Of a DNA stretch of 64,000 nt, positions 1-9,362 are shown piece by piece. How positions within the stretch are numbered: the first letter of the stretch is position 1; each line of letters opens with the position of its first letter. The stretch comes from a virus (Duplodnaviria > Caudoviricetes), in IMG/VR virus record IMGVR_UViG_3300005512_000001, positions 256,001 to 320,000 of that record. One strand, 5' to 3'. A model generated the notes under the pieces. That model was not told the origin of the DNA and did no database searches. It saw only the letters and a program-made list of their open reading frames with translations. A program made the translations under genes and the position numbers.

Positions 1-25
1 GCAACAGCGTCAGCTAGGCAACTAT

Positions 26-1006
26 TTATTTTAATAGCTTTAAACCATATTTCTTGACGATTGGTGCGATATGGTTGTGTAAGGAAAATGAGTTAGAGCC
101 AGCAAACAACAGCCCTACTATCCTTCTATTCTTCCTGTTTAACAATAAACTGCCGCTATCGCCGCCGTCGCACATGCAAGTTGTCACTATGCATTGTTTA
201 AGTATGTAACTTTTTGTGTCGCTATACCATACTCTAAATGTGCCATTGGTCGCCAGTACTCTACCGTAAGTCAGTCCAGTTGTCCTGCCAGATTTCATGA
301 CTTTTAGTGCGCGTTTCGCACGTGCAAAACCTTTAGCGGCTCCTATGCGGTTTATTTGGTTTCTAAGGTATCCAGATTTTATGACGGCAATCGCAGAATC
401 TTGATTTGTATTATTTCTTAGTGGCAAATATGCTTTTAAATATCCCACTATGTTTGCTGGCGTTCGTTTCGAATCGGCGGTCCCTGGTTGATATATCGGG
501 TCGCCTGCTTTAGCATTATTACTATTTGCTAAAACATGATTATTTGATAATATAACCACTTTTTTGCGTTTATCTATGAAGACTCCGCCAATTGTGCCCG
601 CTGTTACGTCTTTATGTGATACGCTGATGCCGCCCAAGAGTGGCCTTGTGCGTCGTCTTGGATTAAATCTTCTCAGTCCTCTAGTCTTGATTTTCTTCGA
701 CCGAATTGCGTTTGGTTTTATATAACTAAAGCGTTTGATTCCCAGTCGTCTGGCCCGCGTTCGTTTTGGGAGTTTCAGCATTGCGGTCATCTTGCCAGAT
801 TTACCAACGACATCAGTTGGCAGCCCATCTATTTCGTCTTCGATAATATCTTTTTTAGATAGTGAAGATACTGGCTCTTTGTTTTCAACAAAAACGAGCA
901 TTGCCTCTTTGCCAGTTGGTTTGCCATTAGTCCATTTTTCGCCCTTAGCGAATCCGATAACATTCTTTTTGTTTAGTAGAGATTCCATATAATAATTTTG
1001 TGTCAA
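26..1006 (-). CDS. Trypsin-like (S1/Nal1-like) serine protease
   Basis: Catalytic motifs SNNHV, QDSAIA and GDSGS, plus GTIGG and GRTTGLT; very basic linker. Confidence 0.8.
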   Translation of the reverse strand: MTQNYYMESLLNKKNVIGFAKGEKWTNGKPTGKEAMLVFVENKEPVSSLSKKDIIEDEIDGLPTDVVGKSGKMTAMLKLPKRTRARRLGIKRFSYIKPNAIRSKKIKTRGLRRFNPRRRTRPLLGGISVSHKDVTAGTIGGVFIDKRKKVVILSNNHVLANSNNAKAGDPIYQPGTADSKRTPANIVGYLKAYLPLRNNTNQDSAIAVIKSGYLRNQINRIGAAKGFARAKRALKVMKSGRTTGLTYGRVLATNGTFRVWYSDTKSYILKQCIVTTCMCDGGDSGSLLLNRKNRRIVGLLFAGSNSFSLHNHIAPIVKKYGLKLLK

Positions 1007-1031
1007 AATTATTATAGATTATGGAGTAGGT

Positions 1032-1322
1032 ATGCCAACAAAAACATTTAAGACTATAGCAAAGAAGAGCGGTAAATCGGTTTCTGATATGGAGAGGTAT
1101 TGGAAGCGTGCTGAACAATCATATAATCGCGCCCAATCGCGTGCGAAAGCAGGCAAAAGAGAGCCTGTTAGAGATAAACATTCATATGTGATGGCGACTA
1201 CGCTACGCCAAGCTCAAAGGACCGGCCCAAGACCACATAAGCCACTCGGGAAGAAACGTAAAAAAGCTAAGAAGGAAGCATTCGAGCTTAGAATAGACCA
1301 GATTCTAGAATCTATGATTTAG
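1032..1322 (+). CDS. Hypothetical basic protein, possibly virion-associated
   Basis: GGAG RBS; C-terminal FELRIDQILES motif shared with other ORFs. Confidence 0.6.
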   Translation: MPTKTFKTIAKKSGKSVSDMERYWKRAEQSYNRAQSRAKAGKREPVRDKHSYVMATTLRQAQRTGPRPHKPLGKKRKKAKKEAFELRIDQILESMI

Positions 1323-1551
1323 TTTAATGTGTTTCTAATTGGTGCTCGGTCGGAATAGAATTTTCTATTATCACGTCTAGTGATTTGTTTTATGTTGGTT
1401 TGGAATAATTGCCCTCTCCGCAAATTATTATTTGCGGTATTAGTTGGGGGCTTTTTGTTGCTGCGATATCTTCTTAATCTAGCAGACACCGGCATTAATG
1501 TATGCAAATTCATTAACTTCATATGCAGTATATTTGAGATAAATATACTAT

Positions 1552-1941
1552 ATGAAGCTACATATACTATATGAAGACCGTCTCAAAGCTGGGCAGCTGG
1601 ATAAAATTATCGCCGATATCAAGCCAATGCTGAAAGAGATAACAGTACCTGCTGCTATATGGCGTCAGATGAGGCGATATAAATATGGCAATAGTAGACA
1701 GATATTTAGACAAATCAGTGATGAGATGCGTAGAAGGTCTGCCTCAAAGCGTACACATAAGCGACATCGACCGCATCGGGCCTCAAAACAAGAAATCACG
1801 CAAGCCGCTAACCTAGCCAAAAAATTATATCATGATGCTTTGGTCCAATCTCCAGATTTAGATGTTGATATTTCTGATGCCATTGTCTTTGCAGCTGAGA
1901 AATTTGGCACTACATACAGCGATGTGGCATCGGCTATATAG
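1552..1941 (+). CDS. Hypothetical protein
   Basis: ORF with MKLHILYED leader. Confidence 0.55.
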   Translation: MKLHILYEDRLKAGQLDKIIADIKPMLKEITVPAAIWRQMRRYKYGNSRQIFRQISDEMRRRSASKRTHKRHRPHRASKQEITQAANLAKKLYHDALVQSPDLDVDISDAIVFAAEKFGTTYSDVASAI

Positions 1942-2062
1942 TTTCTCCAACATATCATATGATGTATTAAATATAGGCCGTTCCGGCTTGTATATGTCAT
2001 CAGGCTGTCTGAATATGTTTGTATATATAGAAGGCGAGAAGCGGCAACGGAGGGCGTCGGAA

Positions 2063-2407
2063 TTATAGTTCCAATGCTCTTTTGCTCATACCAAAAGTAG
2101 GTATGTCGTTTGCCTTTGGTGGTTGCACTTTTGGTGGGATATTTTGCGATTTGACGCGTTTTGGTAATGATTCGACGATGGTTACAGACTTAGCTGGTAG
2201 GCCGTGCCTGTTCAATAATGGTTGGACAGTTTTCGCATGGTTTGGAATATCATAATCGCCACTAATTGTTTGGCTTGCACCGCGATATTTTGTGATACGT
2301 GGGTGCTCATCGCCCCATTTGAGCGATATTCCTGGTGATAATCCATTATTAGAATTTATATCGTCTGTCATAGATTCTGCTATTTTGTCTATATCATCAT
2401 AATCCAT
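2063..2407 (-). CDS. Hypothetical protein
   Basis: ORF preceded by CAAATATA motif. Confidence 0.5.
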   Translation of the reverse strand: MDYDDIDKIAESMTDDINSNNGLSPGISLKWGDEHPRITKYRGASQTISGDYDIPNHAKTVQPLLNRHGLPAKSVTIVESLPKRVKSQNIPPKVQPPKANDIPTFGMSKRALEL

Positions 2408-2421
2408 ACTTTATATTTGCA

Positions 2422-2766
2422 ATGAATGGTTTGAAATTTATAACTGGGCCTAGTCGAATACGCCCAGCATTTATATATGGTATTAAATCCATATATGGTG
2501 GGATGCTTAAATCAATTAACCCAAACCCAGATGTTGGCCATGTATTTGTGGTGGCTGTTGACCTTATTGGGCCTGGAAACCCGCATAGATGGATTGCTAC
2601 TGATGGCGATGAATGGCTCCCAATATGGCCTTGTGTTGAGGATGGTGAAATGATATTCATGGTAAGTGGGACATGGCCAGATTGTTTGCGTCTCACTATA
2701 GAGGACCAGAAGAAAATAAAACCGTTTATAACGCTGTATGTAGAGAAAGAAATAGGTGATAAATGA
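2422..2766 (+). CDS. Hypothetical protein
   Basis: Stop overlaps the start of the next ORF (ATGA). Confidence 0.55.
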   Translation: MNGLKFITGPSRIRPAFIYGIKSIYGGMLKSINPNPDVGHVFVVAVDLIGPGNPHRWIATDGDEWLPIWPCVEDGEMIFMVSGTWPDCLRLTIEDQKKIKPFITLYVEKEIGDK

Positions 2767-3062
2767 AGCTTAACAGACAAATTTCGGGTATGATAACAGA
2801 AAATTCTAAAATTCCGTTCGGCAATACTCATAAAGGGCGAAAGCTTAAGGACTGCCCAAATACATATTTGCAATGGATGGTGTTAAAACTGTGGGATACC
2901 GATTTACATGAGTTTGCATATGCTGCTAAAAAATTATTATCTAAACGTGAAATTGAAGACCAAAACAGTTATGGAGATTTAGAAGAAGCTGCGGATGAAT
3001 TCTTAAAGCGGCATGGCGTAAATCCAGCGACTTATGCAGATCGAACTAAAAGACGCAGATAG
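2763..3062 (+). CDS. DUF3820/ExoX C-terminal-like small protein
   Basis: IPFGNTHKGRKLKDCPNTYLQWM resembles the PFG-x-HKG...P-x-x-YL-x-W signature. Confidence 0.6.
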   Translation: MKLNRQISGMITENSKIPFGNTHKGRKLKDCPNTYLQWMVLKLWDTDLHEFAYAAKKLLSKREIEDQNSYGDLEEAADEFLKRHGVNPATYADRTKRRR

Positions 3063-3077
3063 AATTAGGAGCTTCGT

Positions 3078-3299
3078 ATGGGGTGCTGTTTAGATTGTAA
3101 AACCGATATCATGGCAGATTATTATATGGTACATGCTGAAATATGGTGTAGAGCTGTTGATAAAGAAGACAGGCAGTGTTATTTATGTACTGCTTGCCTA
3201 GAACATAGACTTGGTAGGCCACTGACCGCTGATGATTTTTCAAACGCCCCTATTAATGAACAATATTTTAGAAATAGAGAACGCAAAAATATGATATGA
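3078..3299 (+). CDS. Small Zn-binding (2x CxxC) phage protein
   Basis: CLDC ... CTAC; GGAG RBS. Confidence 0.6.
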   Translation: MGCCLDCKTDIMADYYMVHAEIWCRAVDKEDRQCYLCTACLEHRLGRPLTADDFSNAPINEQYFRNRERKNMI

Positions 3300-4114
3300 A
3301 ACTTAATTCCATATCAGAGGGAAGATTATCTGGTCTTCCGCCTATCGACCAGATTGTTGCTGATTTAACAGGCCGGATATTAATAGTATTCATGGTCAAG
3401 ACTACCGGGCCTAATCCATCAGATAGGCATGCCCAGATTATCAGCATTGCAGCTGTAGCAATTGATGGTACTGGTAAGGAAATAGACGCATTCAATCAAG
3501 AGGCATCTCTGAATCTTGCTACTCTGCGATATATGGATTTAGAGAATAGGGCAGCCAAAGCTGGTAAATTAGAACCTGGTGATATGGGGGTCAGAGATTG
3601 GTTGAATGCCGCTGATTATGATATAGATGAGGAAGATGAAAAACCAGAAGATATTGATATAGCAATCGATTTCAAATCATTTATTGAACAATATGCAGGT
3701 CAAGCAATACTTATCACGCATAATGCAAAATTTGCTATGGCTCATTTGAATTATGTGTTGCCAGTGCCGATTCGAAGCATATCTATTATTGACACAGCAG
3801 AATTTATTAGGTTATACTTTGCGCCAGTATTGCGTTCCATGGCCGATAAAGGTAGTGTGCATGCTAAAGAAATGGCCGAAAGAATGTGGGATGAGATTCA
3901 GCAGCGTATAAATCCGTCCCTGTCCAATCTAGGGAAGGTATTGGGGGTCAAGAAAATTCAATGGCATGCCTCTACATTGGCTGAAGAGGTCCGCCAGTTG
4001 GCTGGGATATTTTCTAAGATGCTTGCATTTGTGCAGAGAAACAAGGATGTACTGCAAATGCCCGAGTATAGGTCTTATGCTGCGCAAGCGTTGGAAAGGG
4101 CCAAAGGGCTATGA
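3296..4114 (+). CDS. DnaQ/DEDDh 3'-5' exonuclease fold, catalytic acids substituted
   Basis: VFMVKTTG (for DxETTG), THNAKFA (for HNAxFD), IIDT, WHA. Confidence 0.7.
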   Translation: MKLNSISEGRLSGLPPIDQIVADLTGRILIVFMVKTTGPNPSDRHAQIISIAAVAIDGTGKEIDAFNQEASLNLATLRYMDLENRAAKAGKLEPGDMGVRDWLNAADYDIDEEDEKPEDIDIAIDFKSFIEQYAGQAILITHNAKFAMAHLNYVLPVPIRSISIIDTAEFIRLYFAPVLRSMADKGSVHAKEMAERMWDEIQQRINPSLSNLGKVLGVKKIQWHASTLAEEVRQLAGIFSKMLAFVQRNKDVLQMPEYRSYAAQALERAKGL

Positions 4115-4123
4115 GCACACCAA

Positions 4124-4753
4124 ATGGGAAAATACATTTTATTGTGTGTATTATGGCTGACAAGTATGTCTGCCGCACAAACTCTGCATATTGATGATGT
4201 TGGCACCCAAGGGGCTAAGAATGATTATTATATAATATTCTCTAGTAGTGTAGATATATACCCACTAGAGAATGATGATGCTGGGCTGCTAAATTGCTCT
4301 ATGGTGGGATATGGTAGAACAATTCCTGGTTGTGTTGGCACTCATTTCTATCTTGATGAAGGTGAAGATTACTACACATTTACCCCAGAACCAGGTTCAT
4401 GGGGTGCTGACCAGCATATTGTTAATGTTGTGGATGGGACTAGGACATATCTCTCATGGGTCTTTATATGGGTAGATGTATACCCTGGTGATTTTAATCA
4501 TGATGGTGTGATTGATGATGGCGATTTGAGTATTTTACTGTCTAATTGGTACCAATACCGCCCATATCGATTCGGGAATGTGTGGCTAGGCACTCATGAA
4601 GACCCAATGACAGATGAGTTCGTTGGGATAGTTAATGAGGATGATTTGAGTCTACTCTTATCATGGTGGCATCATGCGCCAGAACCATCTGCATTTTTAT
4701 TTTTAGTAGGGGGTATACCTATATTATGGCGCAGAAGACAATCCAAAACATAA
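4124..4753 (+). CDS. Secreted PEP-CTERM protein with dockerin-like motifs
   Basis: Signal peptide; GDFNHDGVIDDGDLSILLSNW and VNEDDLSLLLSWW; C-terminal APEPSAFLFLVGGIPILWRRR. Confidence 0.8.
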   Translation: MGKYILLCVLWLTSMSAAQTLHIDDVGTQGAKNDYYIIFSSSVDIYPLENDDAGLLNCSMVGYGRTIPGCVGTHFYLDEGEDYYTFTPEPGSWGADQHIVNVVDGTRTYLSWVFIWVDVYPGDFNHDGVIDDGDLSILLSNWYQYRPYRFGNVWLGTHEDPMTDEFVGIVNEDDLSLLLSWWHHAPEPSAFLFLVGGIPILWRRRQSKT

Positions 4754-4850
4754 ACGGCCCTGGCAGCATTTTTGAGCAATTATGCCTTTTCTTGGCCTGA
4801 CCGTTCCTCGACATCAACAACCATGTATATAGGTAAAATAGGAGTGTGCC

Positions 4851-5210
4851 ATGGAAATTCAGGGAAAAATATGGGGCTGTACTTCTACTATTTTTAATAA
4901 TTGCAACGTGCAGATTAATAGAATAGTTGGCATTAAAGGCGGCCATTGTTCGAAGCACAAGCATGACCATAAATTTAATCTTTTCTATATCGAGAAGGGT
5001 CGTTTATCAATTAAAGTATGGAAACGCGATTATAGTTTAGTAGATGAGACCATTCTTGGCCCACAAGAATCAACTGTTGTTAAGCCGGGCGAATATCATA
5101 GATTCGAAGTATTAGAAGATGACACAGTTGCCTTCGAGATTTACTGGACTGAGCTGGATGATGGCGATATTTCTAGAGAAGACCATGGCGGAGTGAACGA
5201 GAAGACATGA
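4851..5210 (+). CDS. Cupin-domain protein (sugar isomerase-like)
   Basis: CSKHKH..K.NLFY..KG and PGEYHRF cupin motifs. Confidence 0.75.
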   Translation: MEIQGKIWGCTSTIFNNCNVQINRIVGIKGGHCSKHKHDHKFNLFYIEKGRLSIKVWKRDYSLVDETILGPQESTVVKPGEYHRFEVLEDDTVAFEIYWTELDDGDISREDHGGVNEKT

Positions 5211-6277
5211 TAAATAAATTATGTGTAATAGGGCATCCTAGTCGTCTTGGCGGCGCAGACACAGAATTAGACCACCAGATTAAATGTTGGCACCATATGG
5301 GAATTGAGGTGCATATTTGCCATACTGGTGAATTAGATAATAATTGCATATCTATGGAGTTAAAGAAACGTGGGTGCATCTATCACAAATCTATAGATTG
5401 GCCGTCGATTGAGGGGTTGCACTGCATATCATTTTGTAATGGTGAATTTTTAAAACATTTGCCAATAATAAAGAAATATGCGCGAACGACCACATTCGTT
5501 AATTGTATGACATGGAATTTTCCTGCTGAATTAGAAATGCAGGAAAAAGGGATGATTGACTTCCACCTATATCAGACGAACCATGCTTTCGAGAGAGTCG
5601 GCAAGAAATTGCTACAATATCAGGATTATAGGCCGCTGATGTTCGTGCCGTATTTTTGCGCCGATGATTTTACATATTACGACATCAGGCCACAAGAGAG
5701 ATTCAAATTTGGCCGGATTTCTCGGGCCGACGCAGATAAATTCAATATAAGGCAGTTGTGGATATATGAGACGATGACTGCGCCAACTCTTAAAGAGGGC
5801 ATTATTCTTGGCTGGAATGATAAGATACAAGAAAAATTTGGGCGGAGACCAGATTCATATGTTAAAACTTATCCCGAATGTGGCATTACCCAAGATGAAT
5901 TTTATAGGCATAGTGATGTTATCATAATGGCAACAGATACTTTCGAGAATCTTCCGAGGGTTGGCATGGAGGCTATGGCATCCGGGTCTATTTTGATTGT
6001 TGATAATAAAGGTGGCTGGCGGCTGCTCATCGAAGATGGTGTAACTGGATGGTTATGTAATGATGATAGAGAATTTGTTTATAAATCATGCAGAGCTGCG
6101 TTTGAGATTGAAGAAAAGGCGCGAATGCGTCAGGCCGCTAGAGATAAGTTAAAACGCGAATGGGGTATAGAAGCGGCTGCGAAATCGTGGGAAACAGTTT
6201 TCAAAAGCTGGGAAAATCTAGAATCTCCTGCAAGCGGAAGAATTATTGCTCCAACCAGAAAGATTATTATCCCTTAG
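5207..6277 (+). CDS. GT-B (GT4-like) glycosyltransferase
   Basis: N-terminal GGAD; ENLPRVGMEAMASG (E-x7-E); IEDGVTGWL. Confidence 0.85.
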   Translation: MINKLCVIGHPSRLGGADTELDHQIKCWHHMGIEVHICHTGELDNNCISMELKKRGCIYHKSIDWPSIEGLHCISFCNGEFLKHLPIIKKYARTTTFVNCMTWNFPAELEMQEKGMIDFHLYQTNHAFERVGKKLLQYQDYRPLMFVPYFCADDFTYYDIRPQERFKFGRISRADADKFNIRQLWIYETMTAPTLKEGIILGWNDKIQEKFGRRPDSYVKTYPECGITQDEFYRHSDVIIMATDTFENLPRVGMEAMASGSILIVDNKGGWRLLIEDGVTGWLCNDDREFVYKSCRAAFEIEEKARMRQAARDKLKREWGIEAAAKSWETVFKSWENLESPASGRIIAPTRKIIIP

Positions 6278-9200
6278 GTAAAAAATTTATCATCCAAATA
6301 CCCGCCCCAAGTATGTAGCATAAATGGTTTTCTATTTTTTAGTCTTTTAGCTAAATTAGTGAAGTGCCCGTTTAATTTTTCTGTGTCATTTTCTACTATG
6401 CACTTGAAAATATTCAAGGCTGAATTTCTAAGGTCAACAGGGTAAAACATCGAGAAATCATCACACGCCACATTCATAAAGTCCTGTGAATCAGAGAATT
6501 TACTTGGGCCATATTCAGTCCTAATAGATGGTACTGCTGCTATGTTCTTCTTATATTCGTTCCACAAACTATGGTTTGGTATCGAGGCCATGATTCCGTT
6601 ATTTATGCGGCCATCCTTCTGTTTTGAGATGAAGAAGTCATAGATACCATATGTGTTTATGATGTGGTCAAGGCCCACAAACGGATACATATCACAATCG
6701 AGGTACCAACCTCCATGTGTATCTAATAAATGCACACGCATTAAATCAGCGAGTTGACATTTCTGCAGCCTCTCACGTTTAACATGGTCATACCAATCCG
6801 CATAAATGAATTCATCATGCACTCTGATTTCATAATCAGGATTTAATTCTCGATATTTGTCTATGTTGTACAGGACGTTCTTATTTTTATTGCCCATCCA
6901 AATAAAATGGATGATTTTAGGTATAACACACTGCAATACATTTGGTGTATCGCCTTCTAAAGGCCCACTACCTCTTGGCGGCAGGGGACTTTTTGGTTTC
7001 TTGCCTATAGCATCGAAAACCTTGGTTTTGCTGTGATAAACTCTGGTTCCTCTCCCGAATAAATATGGGTCAAATGCTGACCCTACATCTATTAGGGTGT
7101 GTTTTTCAGGCATCATCTCCCAGATTTTTTTAATTAGAACGCAGCTTAGTGCACCAACACAAAAAGACACGACTTTGCCAGATGTAGTCTGTAGATATTC
7201 GATTAGGTCGTTTAATAGTTCATCTGGATTGTGTCGCCAAGATGTTGGTTGCTTAATTGTAAATACTTTCTCTGGTTTGAATGGCATGTTGTTAGCATCA
7301 CAATTAAATGTGGCACCTTGGATATCACAATCGGAGCCTATAACAAAAACATTCTCTTTTGTGGCCAAGAGAGGTATAGTGGTTGCAATGAAATCCTTGT
7401 AATTGCAGTCTACTAACATTGTTGATGACAGTATGTTGCCTCTATCAAACCGTAGTGGCCGCCTACTAACAATTCCGACATAATATTTTGGGTGTTCATA
7501 TTTAAGGGCTTCATCTAACTCAGTGCTGAATGCTCGGTCTATGCTATCGCCAGTGTAGCTCCAGAATCTCCTACGCTGCTCCTGTCGGTCTATAATGGAG
7601 TATTCGCCCTCCCCAAATCTAGAAAATGCAAATCTTTCATCTGAGGCTATCATTTTGTTTATGAAGTCTAAATCATTGTAATCTGCTGTGAATCTGTGTG
7701 CTGACTTGTATTTGTTGAACAACCCATTTATATTCATAGAAAATGAGAAATTTTTGTGGTCCTTTAAATTCTCATATATCCACTTCACCTCTCTAATATA
7801 AGCATGATTTCCTCTGCGTCTATCGGAATTCATTGGGATTTCATCAAACGTCTGATTCTGAGGTTTATATCGCCAATTATATCCTGCAACAAATATGTCT
7901 AAATCGGGCAATACTCTTGAAATTCGCCATAGGTGGTAAAGGATGGTGAAACCTACAGTGCCTATCGGATGGCCGCATCCAGTGCTATTGAGCTTCAGCG
8001 TATCGCACATTAATTTGTTGGTGTATGGATTTACCATATAAATATTGCTAGAGCTATAAACGGTATTAACATGTTCTATGATTCTATCGGAATGGAATGG
8101 TGCTGGTATCGCTATAACTACTGCCTTTGGAGTATCAAAATCTTTCTTGCCTTGTATTGGTACAGAGTCCGAGTGTGTTATCAATAGGTCACATCTCCGA
8201 CCTCCTTTTGTGGCACTGTATGATTTGCGTCTGTTCCAATCATTACATCTTATAACTATATCTGCATTTTTTATTTTCTTCTCTAGGATTTTAAGCCCAC
8301 GGTTGGGAATTTTACCGTTCCCAATGACCACTATATGTTTATAATCTGTGAATGTTTCTGTCAATGACTCGGCATTAAACATTCTTATGCCATCCACTGG
8401 GTCCACAAGCTCAGTTTCTGCAATGGGTGTAATTTCTGCAGTTTCTGCAATGGGTGTAATTTTTGTATTAGGTTGCGTAGTTTTTCCCATAATTGGTTCC
8501 TTGAGGTCTACGTGTATTATTTGCACGTCATTTGGCCCGATGCTTTTAGCTGGGTTTTTTGTAGATATAATTTTACTGGCGGTCGACTTAATTGGCTCAA
8601 TATCACCAAATATTTCGCGAGTTAAACTTATAATCTCATCATCTTTTAGTATATTTAGGTGTTTCTGCAGACTTGGGATTTGCTGCCATCTATTCAAGAC
8701 CTGCATTTCTTGCGCCCGTGTGTCGAATTTTATGCCATCAAATGAGCTTCTGACTCCCTTTCTGCTGAGAATATTCAAGCCATCATCATTGAATTCCAAT
8801 CCTAAGGATTTCGACAAAGACATTCTATAGTCTTTTGACTCAAACCACAAATTAAAGTTGATTGGAATTAAATCTGGGAGGTTAGAGGTATGACCTAAAT
8901 ATTCATGTGCATATTTCTTCCATAAATCTATGTAGTAACTTAATTTAGGAAGAGTGTATTTGCGTATTATGCGATTCTTTAATCGGCTAGCAAATGTGTT
9001 GAATGGGTCCCTTAAAACAATAACTGAATTCTTTATTGTGTCGGGTCCAGTGAATTCATCTTCGTTTCCGGCGAATTTATGTGAATCGAATTCCAACTCG
9101 CAGTCCTCGAACCCCATAATGGTTAAATTGCATGCATTTTTCCTGACTCTTTTAACTGGATTATATAATTTGCAATTGCTAAAGAATTGCCGGGGTGTGC

Positions 9201-9285
9201 CACGCTGGTGAAATATCCAGTTTAAAACGCCATGATTTCCAGACCGTCTTAACCCGAATGCATATATTAATTGTTTAGTTGCCAT
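6274..9285 (-). CDS. Multidomain glycan-modifying protein (sulfotransferase-like + GT29-like + GT-D-like + GT32)
   Basis: GLRRSGNH; IVVIGNG..ADIVIRCN; FSRFGEGE; IPKIIHFIW..ADLMR..GGWYLDCD. Confidence 0.7.
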   Translation of the reverse strand: MATKQLIYAFGLRRSGNHGVLNWIFHQRGTPRQFFSNCKLYNPVKRVRKNACNLTIMGFEDCELEFDSHKFAGNEDEFTGPDTIKNSVIVLRDPFNTFASRLKNRIIRKYTLPKLSYYIDLWKKYAHEYLGHTSNLPDLIPINFNLWFESKDYRMSLSKSLGLEFNDDGLNILSRKGVRSSFDGIKFDTRAQEMQVLNRWQQIPSLQKHLNILKDDEIISLTREIFGDIEPIKSTASKIISTKNPAKSIGPNDVQIIHVDLKEPIMGKTTQPNTKITPIAETAEITPIAETELVDPVDGIRMFNAESLTETFTDYKHIVVIGNGKIPNRGLKILEKKIKNADIVIRCNDWNRRKSYSATKGGRRCDLLITHSDSVPIQGKKDFDTPKAVVIAIPAPFHSDRIIEHVNTVYSSSNIYMVNPYTNKLMCDTLKLNSTGCGHPIGTVGFTILYHLWRISRVLPDLDIFVAGYNWRYKPQNQTFDEIPMNSDRRRGNHAYIREVKWIYENLKDHKNFSFSMNINGLFNKYKSAHRFTADYNDLDFINKMIASDERFAFSRFGEGEYSIIDRQEQRRRFWSYTGDSIDRAFSTELDEALKYEHPKYYVGIVSRRPLRFDRGNILSSTMLVDCNYKDFIATTIPLLATKENVFVIGSDCDIQGATFNCDANNMPFKPEKVFTIKQPTSWRHNPDELLNDLIEYLQTTSGKVVSFCVGALSCVLIKKIWEMMPEKHTLIDVGSAFDPYLFGRGTRVYHSKTKVFDAIGKKPKSPLPPRGSGPLEGDTPNVLQCVIPKIIHFIWMGNKNKNVLYNIDKYRELNPDYEIRVHDEFIYADWYDHVKRERLQKCQLADLMRVHLLDTHGGWYLDCDMYPFVGLDHIINTYGIYDFFISKQKDGRINNGIMASIPNHSLWNEYKKNIAAVPSIRTEYGPSKFSDSQDFMNVACDDFSMFYPVDLRNSALNIFKCIVENDTEKLNGHFTNLAKRLKNRKPFMLHTWGGYLDDKFFT

Positions 9286-9362
9286 GTCTATATTTACTCA
9301 TGTATTTTATGTTCAGAACTGGTTTTAAGAGTAGATATGCTGTTTAACCGCAAAGGATAATC

